From: Tubiluchus corallicola
Lineage: Eukaryota > Animalia > Priapulida
NCBI GenBank assembly: GCA_030141605.1
Contig: JAQGDQ010000395.1
Span: forward strand, 150,997-214,996
Length of the DNA: 64,000 bases
Reading direction: 5' to 3'
Positions within the stretch are counted from its first letter, which is position 1, and every line of letters starts with the position of its first letter. Under the pieces are notes generated by a model, which had not been told where the DNA came from, did not search any database, and was given only the letters and a program-made list of their open reading frames with translations. This document shows, piece after piece, positions 27,616 to 39,753 of the stretch. The translations under genes and the position numbers were made by a program.

Positions 27616-28040
27616 GGGTATTGCGTGACCGGTTGACTTTTTGGTATTGCATGACCAGTTGGCTTCTTGGTATTGCATGACCGGCTGACTTCTTGGTATT
27701 GCATGACCGGCTGACTTCTTGGTATTGCATAACCAGCTGACTTCTTGGTATTGCATGACCGGCTGATTTCTTGGTATTGCGTGACCCGTTGTCTTGTTGG
27801 TATTGCATGACTGGCTGCTTCTTTGCATTGCATGACCAGTGACCAGTGGACTTCTTGGCATTGCATGACCAGTGGACTTCTTGGCATTGCGTGACCAGTG
27901 GACTTCTTGGCATTGCGTGACCAGCTGACTTCTTGATATTGCATGACTGGCTGACTTCTTTGCATTGCATGACCAGTTGACTTTTTGGTATTGCGTGACC
28001 AGTGGACTTCTTGGCATTGCGTGACCGGTGGGCTTCTTCT
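27616..28040. repeat. Minisatellite, 26-bp unit x about 16
   Basis: Unit GGTATTGCATGACCGGCTGACTTCTT; explains three overlapping repetitive ORFs. Confidence 0.95.
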
Positions 28041-31000
28041 TGTCAACACAACCGAGCGCATATAGCGACGGCTTTATCCACCAAAATACATTAACATGAG
28101 AGTTTGCAGCTGAGGTTTCGCTATTAGCTCAGCATTAAACAGTATTACCATAGCGTGAGGCACTAAATCCATCCTATATACTTGATTACCGCGCTAGTTG
28201 ATTAGCTGAGATTATATCTCATGTGATGCAAGCTGATGACTTCAGTTACCTAGGTTACAACTGATGTCGAAATCGCTTCAGCGTGACAATACAAATAATG
28301 CGTCTTTTGACAATTTCCTTCGTCCAAAAAGTAGTACTATGGCACAAACTTATATGTGACTGCTTTGTGATTGCTTAAAATGAACTTGTGTGGGTAAGTT
28401 AGAACAATATCGCGCCGAAGTGAGGTACTGTCGATAGATCACCACGATAAAGAATTATTTTTTAAGAACTTTTCAAATTTACGCTGTAGTGGTAGAATCG
28501 AATTTTCGAAGTTAGACAGCTTCAGCACGATAAGTTTTTTGTGCTAAAGGAAGTAACTTTCATTTAGCATTCTCGTATTAGCGTATAACCTGATTGCATT
28601 TACAAAAATTCACAGAATAGCAGGTTCAACAGACCATCGAATTGATATTAAAGGCCGCGAAATGGTTGTACCGTTGTACCGAAATGCTGGTACATCGCAG
28701 TTTATAAACGTTATCGAATTGAAAATCTAAAATAGAAATTTAATTGTCTGTAACTATAACAATAGTTATTAAAAATAAGCCTTTTGCACATGTTTTAGTG
28801 AAAGAGTTTGTAAGTTTAGCATTGAAGTGACATTGGGGAGGTGATACGACATTTCGTAATTAGTCAATATTGAACATATGCTGCATCTACGTTTTAAGAT
28901 GACAATTCGTCATCTTTCACCCAGCAACAGCTGTTAATTGACCAAAAGAGATCTTACATAGAACGTTAGTAAGTTTTGTTTGCCTTCCAATTTCGTACAA
29001 ACAGCAAACTGTTGAGCAAAAAATGAATCAATAATGCGCAGCTCTCTTGCAGCTGTTAGCAAAACACACAAATCAGCATGATTGACCATAGCAGAAATTG
29101 CACAATTACCATTAGTGTATGGCACTCTGGTAGATGACAGTGAGGGGGCGACCGGAAACCGCGATTCACAACACGGAAGTATCGAAAATCTTCACGAATA
29201 CGCGCAGATGGGAAGCAGCGAAAACAAAAGGGGCTCTCTACACTAACTTCAAGACAATTGCCAAGCTGCAGGTAACGCGCATGTTTACTTCGGGGCTGCC
29301 TCAAGGCAAACCTTTGCGTCCGCCGTTGATTACAGCGAAGATCTGACTACAATATCTTTGCAAATTATACCCAGATACAACGTGCACTCGTACTAAGATG
29401 AAATCAACATGCACATTAGGAATATATTGCCAGCGAGTAATTTAGCTAGCCTGCTTATTTACTTTGATGTTTTGCTCTTCAGTGTGGTGTATGTGCGAGG
29501 ATTGTCTGATTGGATTTTTGTCATTGTAGGCAAGCACATTGCAAGCGTTGTTGACCTACATGTTAAAAATTGTTACTTGAGGGCACTGCTAGGGTGCTGA
29601 AATAACAAAATTGAAAAGAACAAAAGAATAAATTCGAGTGAGAAAAATTATCAGTTCATTTTTTATTTTTGGACAAGTCGTGTTTAGGTAAAATTGGAAG
29701 AATGAAACGCTGCAAATTTCGTTTTAGTGCTCGAACTGCGACAGGTTTTTTTTTCAAGTTGCCCAGGAATCTTTAAAATTTCCGACTTTTACATTTAGTG
29801 CATCAAAATTAATTGCTTGTAGTGTGTTAATATTTTTTACATATATTTTAAACTTTTTCAGCCCAAAATTGTTAAGTTCTTATCCTCTGAAATTGTCATT
29901 TTTCTTTATTGGTTGTTTCTCGTCACATTTTCTCTCTTCAATATGCATTTATGAATAGAAGCCATGCACTGTGCGTGTTCGATTAACCTCCTTTTTATCT
30001 AGGCTCTTGAGGCAAATATTTTGCTTGAAATGGTTCGAATTTGGTGTTTATTAAACGTTATCTACTCCCATTTTTCATATTTGACGTGATTATGTTTTTC
30101 AGGTAACTACTAGTGTGCCTGATATTGCTATTCAATTTTTCAGAGTTTGATGTTTATTGTTTAAAAAATCCGTTTCACGTGTCATTTGGTTGTTCTCAGT
30201 TTAATTTTCCTCTCGCTGCAGCTTGTTTTATCTTACCACTCACAACAATACGACAGCCAGCTTACATTTACTTTTAGGTTAAACGACCTCAGTGTTGGAG
30301 AAGCTGTTCTTTTTTGCTTAAGTTGCTTTCCCGATTTTCGTAATTTATTGAATAAAATACATCAGAAATCATATTCCAATCCACAAAATTTACTCAAGTT
30401 TATTTTATAACACAGCTTAGCCAAACAAGATGGCTGTTATGTTGAATTTCTTATAGGCTGTAATATTTTTTAAATTGTTTGGGGACGCAAGAATTGATGT
30501 CGATAGTGCATGAACACTTCATATTTCCCCAGTTTCTCTCCTCCGTCGAACCAATAAGTTTCACCTGAAACCTTGCTTTTGTTTCAGAGAAGCTCAATTT
30601 GTGTAAATTCTGGTCGATTAGTGATCGAGGTTGATCTTGTCAAAAAAGAACTTATTTTGCTTCTGGAACCTGACGCTGCTGCCAAACCTTTGGCTCAAGG
30701 GCTCAGACAGAGGAAATCCACTTTGGCATTCTTTACGATAAAAACATGGCATTCTTTACGATAAAAAACAATCTACAGCCACAATGCTACGTTTCTTCTA
30801 AAACGATGTAATAAAATTGACGTTAATATACTGGACTACCATATTTGTCAATGAGACTGCAATCATTACACAGACAACTTTCATTTACCTGCAGACCCTT
30901 TATTGTTATTATTTTAAACTCGAAATACGAACACGATGTGCGTCATGAAAAAGGCTGATAAGCTTGATAAAAGCCAGGTGGAAGTATGAATCTCAAAACT

Positions 31001-32654
31001 TATTCTTGGGGATTTTTACTTAGGCACTAGAGGATGTTACTCGTTTCTCGATGGTATAAATGTAAATTAAAAATAAATATCTCACGACTGTTGTTATGAC
31101 AAAATGTTAAACTTTTATAATAAAAATGTGGTGCCTCTGTCATAGCCTGAGACTGCCTCCTTTGTTTTTTAATTCAGAATTGCTGCTGTAATCGGCTTGT
31201 TCGACTGATTAAACGGGAAATCACGAGATCACAATAGAGGAAATCTTCTCCCAAATCCTGTTCCTATTTAATTACATTCAGCATTTACTTGATAGCTGTG
31301 AAAGTCATGCATGAGGTTGAAGTTGCACACTTTGTAGAAAACGAATAAACACTATATTACATATGTGCACAAAAACTGAAACACGTTTATTACACTGCAT
31401 AGACATATGTAAAATGACTGCTAAACTACACACTGAGAACCAGAGTGTCCTGCACTGATCACTAAGATTTAGACAGTGGCTAGAAGTAAAATCCAGCCAG
31501 TATATACAGGTAGAGAACTATGCAAAACTTGGCTTCACAAATACCATTACAGTAAAAATAGGGGGAGATCCAGTGAGTATGCATATTCACTGGACCGAGC
31601 AATTGTACTAGGGGTGAGTTTAACTAGTAAAATGTAAAGTGATTAGTCAATAGCAGCATCTAAAATATGCAGTTACAACTTTTACAATAGCCACGTACGC
31701 CAAAGTCTGCGAATACGAATAAATATGACTACTCCTGCTGTTTGTTTTGAACCTCTTAAAGTACACAGAAAATGTCAGCCATGTCTATGTAAAATTTATG
31801 GTACAGCTTTTACTTAAGGTCTGTAATGAGATTGCCAGATATTGATCTAATAACCTTTGGCAGGTGCAATCTCAGCTGTATGACGCATTGTAGATGCCGC
31901 AAACACAAACGGAAATTGTGCTTATCACGAGTCATGTAACCGGATACAGACACTTTTATTAGTAGCCTTTCAACTCTAAAAAGAGCTGACGCCCGAGCAC
32001 TAGAACTAATTAAGAAAATGGAAAATTGGAATAAATGTTCAATCTTGTGAAATCTTGATCTGTCTAACCTGACAAGCAAACAATATAACAACACTTTTCT
32101 GCACCGGGCAGATAGTTTCTCATACTTTTTACAGTTTTGTTTTAGCTTTCTTCGGGTGGTTATTCGATGTTGTGTTAATACGAAAATAATGATGTTCAGA
32201 TCGCATGCGTGTCAATTTCACGCATGCGCAATACAACTACACTTCTTAAAGGTCGCTCTCAATAATGCATTTCGTAGGTTGTTGCGGAGATCGCTGGCAT
32301 CTATTAGAATTAAATAGAACATTGTAGAATGTTCCATTAGAATAATCGTCTTACCTTGTAGAATGTTGTAGAAAGAAACTTCTGGAATGTTCCCTGGCAC
32401 GCTATCTAAGGCAAAGCAGGCCGCTGAGACACACACAGATTCACACGGACGCCACTTACACATTCTCTTCTATACTTGTATTTTCAGATACACTCAAACG
32501 TTTTCCAGATTTTCACGTTTACTGTAAACATTTCGCGTTCCTTCATACTTTTGCGTTGTAGAATTCTCGTTTAATAAACTAGTTTAATTTGACGAAGTGT
32601 GTTCTGGTTTTCTCTACGAGCCTTCCGAGAGAAACAAAACACAACATAGGTTCT

Positions 32655-33105
32655 TCAACATTTTGGGAAGATGCAGCATAAGTGAAAAATTTGGAAATTA
32701 TAATTTTCCTACTTATGATGTTATTAGACGAAAGATAACAGGATCCTTTATATATGGGCTGTCAGAAATAACTAATAATATAATTGATAAATTGTATGTT
32801 CACTCTGCATGTCACAATACAGTTGGACGGACGAATTGGTACAAACTTTGTTGCATTATGAAATCAACATCTTTTACCATTTAAAGGTGATTTTTAATGG
32901 GTTTTATGCCTCTGTATGTTGTATTTTTAGTGATTTGTCTTGTGTTTTTATGTTTTGTGTCTGGGTACATATGTATGTATATATGTAAATATTTTACTAG
33001 TTTCTATCGTAACTTTACAGTATAGTTGAGTGTTTTTTAATTTTTATACATTGCTATGTACTTTTAAACGAATGAAGTAAATTTAAAATAAATAAATAAA
33101 TAAAT
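32655..33105 (+). mobile_element. Degraded non-LTR retrotransposon 3' end
   Basis: Residual peptide RCSISEKFGNYNFPTYDVIRRKITGSFIYGLSEITNNII resembles a LINE ORF2 C-terminus (recalled, not searched); T-rich UTR and (TAAA)n tail. Confidence 0.45.
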
Positions 33106-33383
33106 CGTACTCGCGTTGAAAAGATTTTCTTTCATTTTAAATCTCCCACCATGCTGATCCGACCGCGCCATTACATGACGTCATATACGCACAACGTAAA
33201 TCAGGAGGAGAAAAGGAAATGTTAAACTGTGTCCCGAAAAACTTTCCATTCAAAGTTATGTTACTTAGCTTTTCGTTCACCTGCTTAAAAGACTTATGTA
33301 ACTAGAAAAGAAAATTATTAATTATTTAATACTTTATTTCTGAGCCAATTAAAAATCGTCAGCATGCAAGTTTATAATTTAAT

Positions 33384-33400
33384 AATTATAATGATGATGT

Positions 33401-33433
<33 letters not shown>

Positions 33434-33498
33434 CGATGATAATAATGATAATGATGATAATGATGATGATAATAATGATAATAATAATAATGATGATA

Positions 33499-33533
<35 letters not shown>

Positions 33534-33644
33534 AATGATGATGATGATAATAATGATAATAATAATAATGATGATAATAATGATGATGATGATGATGACG
33601 ATGATGATGATGATGATGATGATGATAATGATGATAATAATGAC

Positions 33645-33739
<95 letters not shown>

Positions 33740-33797
33740 TTATGATGATGATGATGACGACGACGACAACAACAACAACAACAACAACAACAATAAT
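33384..33797. repeat. (GAT/AAT/GAC/AAC)n compound microsatellite
   Basis: Directly visible. Confidence 0.97.
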
Positions 33798-34130
33798 AGT
33801 AAACTGGGTTGGCAAAGAAAACCAACCTTGCAACCCATAGTCGCACGGTACCGGTCTGTCTTCACCTCACCTGATACCTTTTGCTTACTGATCCTTCTAT
33901 AATTTCTGACGTTTGTGGCAATCTAGGCACACACATAGGTGCAAAGTTCATACACTTTAATAAAATGACAAGGCGTAGATAAATATTAATGATAAGAATA
34001 GGCGCAATTAGTAAATAATCGACAATAAAGAAGAAAAGGAAGAAGAAAACGATGTGCATCTTTAATTTATTTATCATTAATTTAATTAGTTAATTAATTA
34101 ATTAACTATCAATGGTCTTGATCCTCTTAA

Positions 34131-34855
34131 AGGAAAAACTAACCCTCGAACAGCACATGAAATATTAACATTAAAAATATTGAAATCACCACACAATATA
34201 TGCGCGTAAAATGTTTTGCTTAAAATGTAAAAGAAATTTAAATACTTTTTATCTCCCACCAAACGAACGTCGCTGCCGGCATGTTTGAAAAAAAATGACG
34301 TAAGCTGGTGTCTGCTGGGCAGCGTGAATGTTGTGAAGGCAAGCTGTGTGAAGCTACGCGTTGAGAAATTTCTACAGTTCACTCAGAAGTTCTGTTATTC
34401 TAGCTTTGTATTTAACTGTGTTTATGTAAAAATTAGTCATTTGATCAATTATAACCAAGTTTAAAGTGGTTACATACCTTTAACCCACAGGATTATACCG
34501 TAAAATATGTAAGTAGTATACATTAATTGCGTAAATGTAATTAATTTACAGATTTTTGTTGACTTTCAGATAAGCATGTAAACTTGCGAGCATACAGTAG
34601 GTGCCGGGTGGTTTACTTAGTTTATAGAGTTCGCTAATTGCTGAAGCATTTGGCAGATTAACTGTTTATATTGCACGGTAACCAGATGACGTCATTTTCA
34701 CTAAAATGAGCGCGCCCAAGCGTGAAGTGATCGCCATTTTAATTTGAAATTATTAACTACACGAGGCGCTTATCACAATTTCATTGCTGAAACTTTCCAA
34801 CATTTTTCTCAAATATTAGAATCAGCTCAACTTCCCCAGAGACTTGACTTTTGCT
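34131..34855 (+). mobile_element. TTAA-flanked MITE (Kolobok-like family C)
   Basis: TTAA|AGGAAAAACTAACC...CTTGACTTTTGCT|TTAA; right end shared with 19310-19481 and 63549-63712. Confidence 0.6.
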
Positions 34856-37039
34856 TTAAACGTTTTTAAGTGGTTATGCGGCTTTTGCTTTAAGCAAAGA
34901 TAAATAGTCATTTAGAAACAATGGTCGCTTAAATCACGTCGCCAATGCTAGACTGCACACATAAAAAGGTATGTTCTTTCCATTCAGAACATCAAGACCT
35001 GCCAAATTCTTGTTCACATCGAAGTCACAGTGCTAACGTTATTTCAATTTTAGTAGACAAAGGAAGAAAAACAGCTCTAGAAGCGGCAGTAGTAGCCACT
35101 CGTGAAGCTTTATAAAGTTTTTCGTACCTGTATAAGCATAAATAACGAAAAACAATAAAAAGAATGGTTGAATCTACACATTCAGCAAAAACTGCATGGA
35201 GAAAATACCACGAATTTCTGCCCGCAAAGAGAAAGTGAAACAAAAATATTTCACTGCAGCAGGATTTGTTTAAGAAAGCAATCTTCCAGCCGCCTTACTT
35301 TAAAACTATTTAAACTTGTGCAAGATTGAATTGAGCAGACAAAGGAGTCCTTGGCGAACGCCGTCTTGAGTCTGACAGAGAGTTTCGTCTCGCTGAGCTG
35401 TTCAAACAATTGGTGAGGATAGATAACGTTAAATCACGCACACGATTTCCCAAGTTATTACTTAACTATTTGACTTACTACTCATTCAGTGGGTCCATAA
35501 CACACGCTTACTTGTCTGTTAATCGGTTCGTCCGACTGCAACTCGTCGGGCAGGTGCCCTGAAATGAAGACGAGACGACAGCAGACCAGTAATGACTGAT
35601 TTTTGGTCAAGAGGTCAGCATCTAATGATATCAGCCCTGCGACAATCGTTAACCTGCCTGACTTTTTCAGGTGTTTTGCACGAGTACAAATCTAATGTGG
35701 ATTGAGTCTACGCTGGTTGTTACTCTGAGCTGAGTTGTGACATGATAGCAGATATCTTCATGTTTCTCAGATACGTACATTGCTAATGCAATTCATGTAA
35801 AATTGCTATTTATGGCTTTTAAAAGAAAAACGTTGCAGACTTTTTCACAACGACATAGTTATTGTTGCAGGTACAAATGTTTTGGTCCATTACCCCTTCC
35901 AAAGGTAATATATGCATTAGAAGCCACAATATATTAGACTGTAGTTCAACAAGCTAGACTACTTTTTCTACTCTGACATTGCATAGGTGGAACTTGTTAT
36001 GTACACACGTCTCTGTTACATTTAAAATTTGATTTATAATTATACTGCTGCCTTTTACTGACATTCTGGCTTTTTCTCGACTCAATATTGGACCAACAAT
36101 GTATGTATGCATTTTAGCTTTTTAGTGTAACGTAGTAATCTGTAGCACTTATTTTCTAGCACTTATTTCAGTAGTTTTGTAGAGGTAGTAATTGTAGACT
36201 ACAGAAAATTTGAACTTTTTGCAGAATAAACTAACAATGGGAACACAACTTTGGTTTGAGCGTATACATTACAGTTATCAATGTACAGGGTAGGGCAAAA
36301 CTTGTGGCTTACTCTATTGATCAAATATTCATCTGCCAAAAAACAGATACAAAATGTCACAAATTTTTGCATGCCCACAGGACAGTGCACAAAAACTTAA
36401 TTTGGAGTTTTTTTTGTATACAAGCATAAATAAAAAATCATACTTTCTAAATTTGCGTTATAGTGTCATCGATTTTTTTGTATCAATGAAAGGCTTTATC
36501 TATATAGTTGCTATAATATCGTTGCCAAATGTTACCAAACACCTATGCTATTGCCTAAACAGGCTAATTCTCAAAATTGCCCTCACGTATATTGTTCTCA
36601 TAAAATTCGAGTTCAAAAAACGCCTACAAACTATAAAGGCAAAAATTATTGGTCAGATATTTTTCGTCTACTCACTTGACAATTCATTAGCAACAGCGGA
36701 AATCAATACACCGGACGTATTATAGCCGGCGGTTGTTTAACGTTTGAAATGCAGTTTCAACTTCGTTTGAAAGTCAAGAGGCAGCAACGAATGGAAGTCG
36801 CCACGTTTTATGTACAACAAAACAGTAAGTTGAGAACATTAAACGAATTTTGTGAGCAAAACGCACGGCAACAATGAATATTAACGAATATAAACCGCGC
36901 ATGCACAGAAATAAAAGTTCATCGCATTTTACTTCGAAACAATAACTGATGCATCAACAGATATAATTGATACATTAACAGGGTGGTTTGCATGAGGAGG
37001 AGAAACTGCGAACGGAGAATGATTGTCACTATCTGTTAA

Positions 37040-37118
37040 TGATGAGATGATGATGATGACGATGGCGATGACGGTGATGATGATGATGACGCTGCTGCTG
37101 CTGCTGATGATGATGACG

Positions 37119-37150
<32 letters not shown>

Positions 37151-37241
37151 GATAACGATGAGGATGACGATGATGATGATGACGGCGATGACAGTGATGA
37201 TGATGATGACGCTACTGCTGCTGCTGCTGATGATGATGATG

Positions 37242-37311
<70 letters not shown>

Positions 37312-37515
37312 GGATGATATGATGATGATGACGATAACGATGAGGATGACGATGATGATGATATGATGATGATGAGATGAAAAAAAAAAAAAAGCGATGA
37401 CGATAATGATGATGATGACGATGATGATGCTGATGATGATGACGACGACGACGACGACGATGATGACGACGACGACGGCGACGGTGACGACGTTGATGAT
37501 GGATAATGATGGTAA
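37040..37515. repeat. (GAT/GAC/GCT)n compound microsatellite
   Basis: Directly visible. Confidence 0.95.
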
Positions 37516-38080
37516 TGAGAAGGAGGGGAGGAGTGGAAGGAAGGAGCACGATGGTGGCAATGGCAATGATCTTGACTTGGCAACAACATCGATGAAGATG
37601 ACATTGACAGTGACGCTGATAACATTATTGTTGTCATTCGTTATTATCTCTTACGCATAATACGTTGACCTGCAATATTACAAGCCTCCCCTCTGAATTT
37701 CTCCTGCCATCGTTATGATCATCATTGAAACTAAATTACTTTTCGTCTTCAAGCTCAACATCACTTAGACGTTTAGGCGTTGTGTTGCGGGATTTGGCTG
37801 ACAATGAACGATTGAGTACAGCGCGCGTACAGCTGCTGCTGCTGCTGCTTCATCAGGACCACAGTCCATTTGGCTCTAAGCGGGTGATCTTCGGGGATTA
37901 CGTCCTTGATGAAGACAGATGGGACGTTGCGACTTTGCAAAAATACAAACCGAGCATCAGGATCAGCACTACGAGTCCGTCAGGAGCCATGAACTTGATA
38001 AAGATGGATAACAAGGAGAGCTAAGTTGTGTAGTTTAGAATAAAATGGTTTCATGATCCCACTAACAATTAGTATCCATC

Positions 38081-38493
38081 CATGGGAAATATGAAAATTT
38101 GAAACGTAATAGAATAAGTTATATTATTAACTATTAATGATCATGACAATGTTAAGCTCTGACATGGGAAATATGAAAATTTGAAAGGTAATAGAATAAG
38201 TTATATTATTAACTATTAATGATCATGACAATGTTACGCTATGCCATGGCAAATATGAAAATTTGAAATGTAATAGAATAAGTTATATTATTAACTATTA
38301 ATGATCATGACAATGTTAAGCTATGCCATGGGAAATATGAAAATATGAAGCGTAATAGAATAAGTTATATTATTAACTATTAATGATCATGACAATGTTA
38401 AGCTATGCCATGGCAAATATGAAAATTTGAGACGTAATAGAGTAAGTTATATTATTAACTATTAATGATCATGACAATGTTAAGCTATGTCAT
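38081..38493. repeat. Minisatellite, 82-bp unit x5
   Basis: Unit CATGGGAAATATGAAAATTTGAAACGTAATAGAATAAGTTATATTATTAACTATTAATGATCATGACAATGTTAAGCTATGC. Confidence 0.95.
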
Positions 38494-38498
38494 AGATT

Positions 38499-38970
38499 TG
38501 TAATGTGGTATAAGGAAGCCCAGATCAAAATTAGATAAAGGTGTAATAGGTTAAAGGAATTTTTCAATCAATTGTGTACTTGTTGCATCAAAGCTATAGT
38601 AAAGAGAACCTGTTAAAATATGCTAAATGTCAAATCACTGTGCTAAGAAGAGTATTCCTGAAGCCAAGCCAAATAAGTGAAACTTAAGGAGTGGTGTCGT
38701 CACTAGAGTTGACCCACTTCTCAGAGCGCACGCAGCTCATATATAGGCCGTGACACCAGCTAGCAGGAGAGCTTGGTCACACTTCACACTTACATGCAGG
38801 ACGTCTCTTGTAGATCAGGGGCCTTGGCATTGCTATCCATTTATTATATTTATCGTGATGTTATTTAATAAATATGTTATTTCGCAAACAAAGTCTTGAT
38901 AGCTTTGCCATTACTCAAACGTTCATAAACAGCTACACACAGCTCACACACGTACTGCCACTATACAACA
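38499..38970 (+). mobile_element. Solo LTR (472 bp), probably Gypsy-type
   Basis: TGTAATG...TACAACA termini, 4-bp TSD GATT (38495-38498, 38971-38974), TATATAGG at about 38740, AATAAA at about 38867. Confidence 0.6.
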
Positions 38971-39307
38971 GATTTAACAATTTTACTGCTATATTTAACC
39001 CTTTTAGTCCCAAATTATTTTTTTAATAAGAAATATTGGTTCTTTTCTTCAATATGTCCATTTTGTTTACACATAATAATTATTTTTTTCTACCTGTGCC
39101 CGCGTGCTAAATATAGCCTGTATCCCACGGGATTCAATGGTTGCTAAACATGATAAAAAGCAAATGCTTTATATTTGGAAATCTGAAGTTTATTCAATAC
39201 ATTCAATAAAGTCCTGGAATTCTTTGTTATGTTCAAAAAAAATAAAGTCCGACTTTTTTAAAAACACAACAAAAGCAAAAAATGTGCTTCATTTTGCAAC
39301 TGCTGAT

Positions 39308-39735
39308 TGTAACGGCAATATGCATAACGACACCTATGTATTGGAAGGTGCTGCCCTCTACGAGTGAGGAGGAAAGGACAGGAGGGGAACAATGGTGGTC
39401 GTGTTTTTTGATCACAGCAATGTTTTTGTCGTTATTGTGTTACATTTAATAACATCGTTTAGTCATAACCGAATTTTGCACCTTGAGAAATTTTAAATCT
39501 TGACGAAGAGCCAACGATGTGAGTTACATCAATTTAAGTAATTTAATTAAGTTGTGAATTCAATCTCTCAAGTTTGAGAAAGTACTTTGCCAATAAGTTG
39601 ACTTCTTTGTAATTACTGAGCTTCAGTTTATCATTTTATTCATTTTCTTACTTGTTAATGTTCTTTTTATTATTCTGTTTAGAATAAACGACTTTGGAGC
39701 ATGAATCAAATAGTGAAGGCTTTCTGTTCACAACA
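39308..39735 (+). repeat. 5' LTR (428 bp)
   Basis: Matches 46954-47380 apart from about 4 differences; AATAAA at 39683. Confidence 0.98.
39519..39682 (+). other. Predicted GT-AG intron inside the LTR (164 nt; second copy 47165-47327)
   Basis: Donor GAT|GTGAGT; pyrimidine tract TTCTTTTTATTATTCTGTTTAG| acceptor directly before AATAAA. Splicing is predicted, not observed. Confidence 0.7.
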
Positions 39736-39753
39736 GTTTATTATCGGCTCTTC
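39736..39753 (+). promoter_or_regulatory. Non-tRNA primer-binding site candidate GTTTATTATCGGCTCTTC
   Basis: Occupies the PBS position, lacks TGG, and is complementary to the predicted spliced LTR junction (see findings). Confidence 0.65.

Noticed and set aside
28228-28285. Hammerhead-like string CTGATGA-stem-GAAA
   Set aside because: Stem II register conflicts with the CUGANGA core, there is no proper stem III or NUH cleavage triplet, stem I is only about 3 bp, and no Penelope context is present.
30573-30764. Possible exon after a TTTGTTTCAG acceptor (similarly ORF 37725-38024)
   Set aside because: No recognisable protein similarity or clear donor; would need RNA-seq.
36282-36385. Tc1/mariner-like terminus TACAGGGTAGGGCAAAA
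   Set aside because: No matching opposite TIR found in the window.
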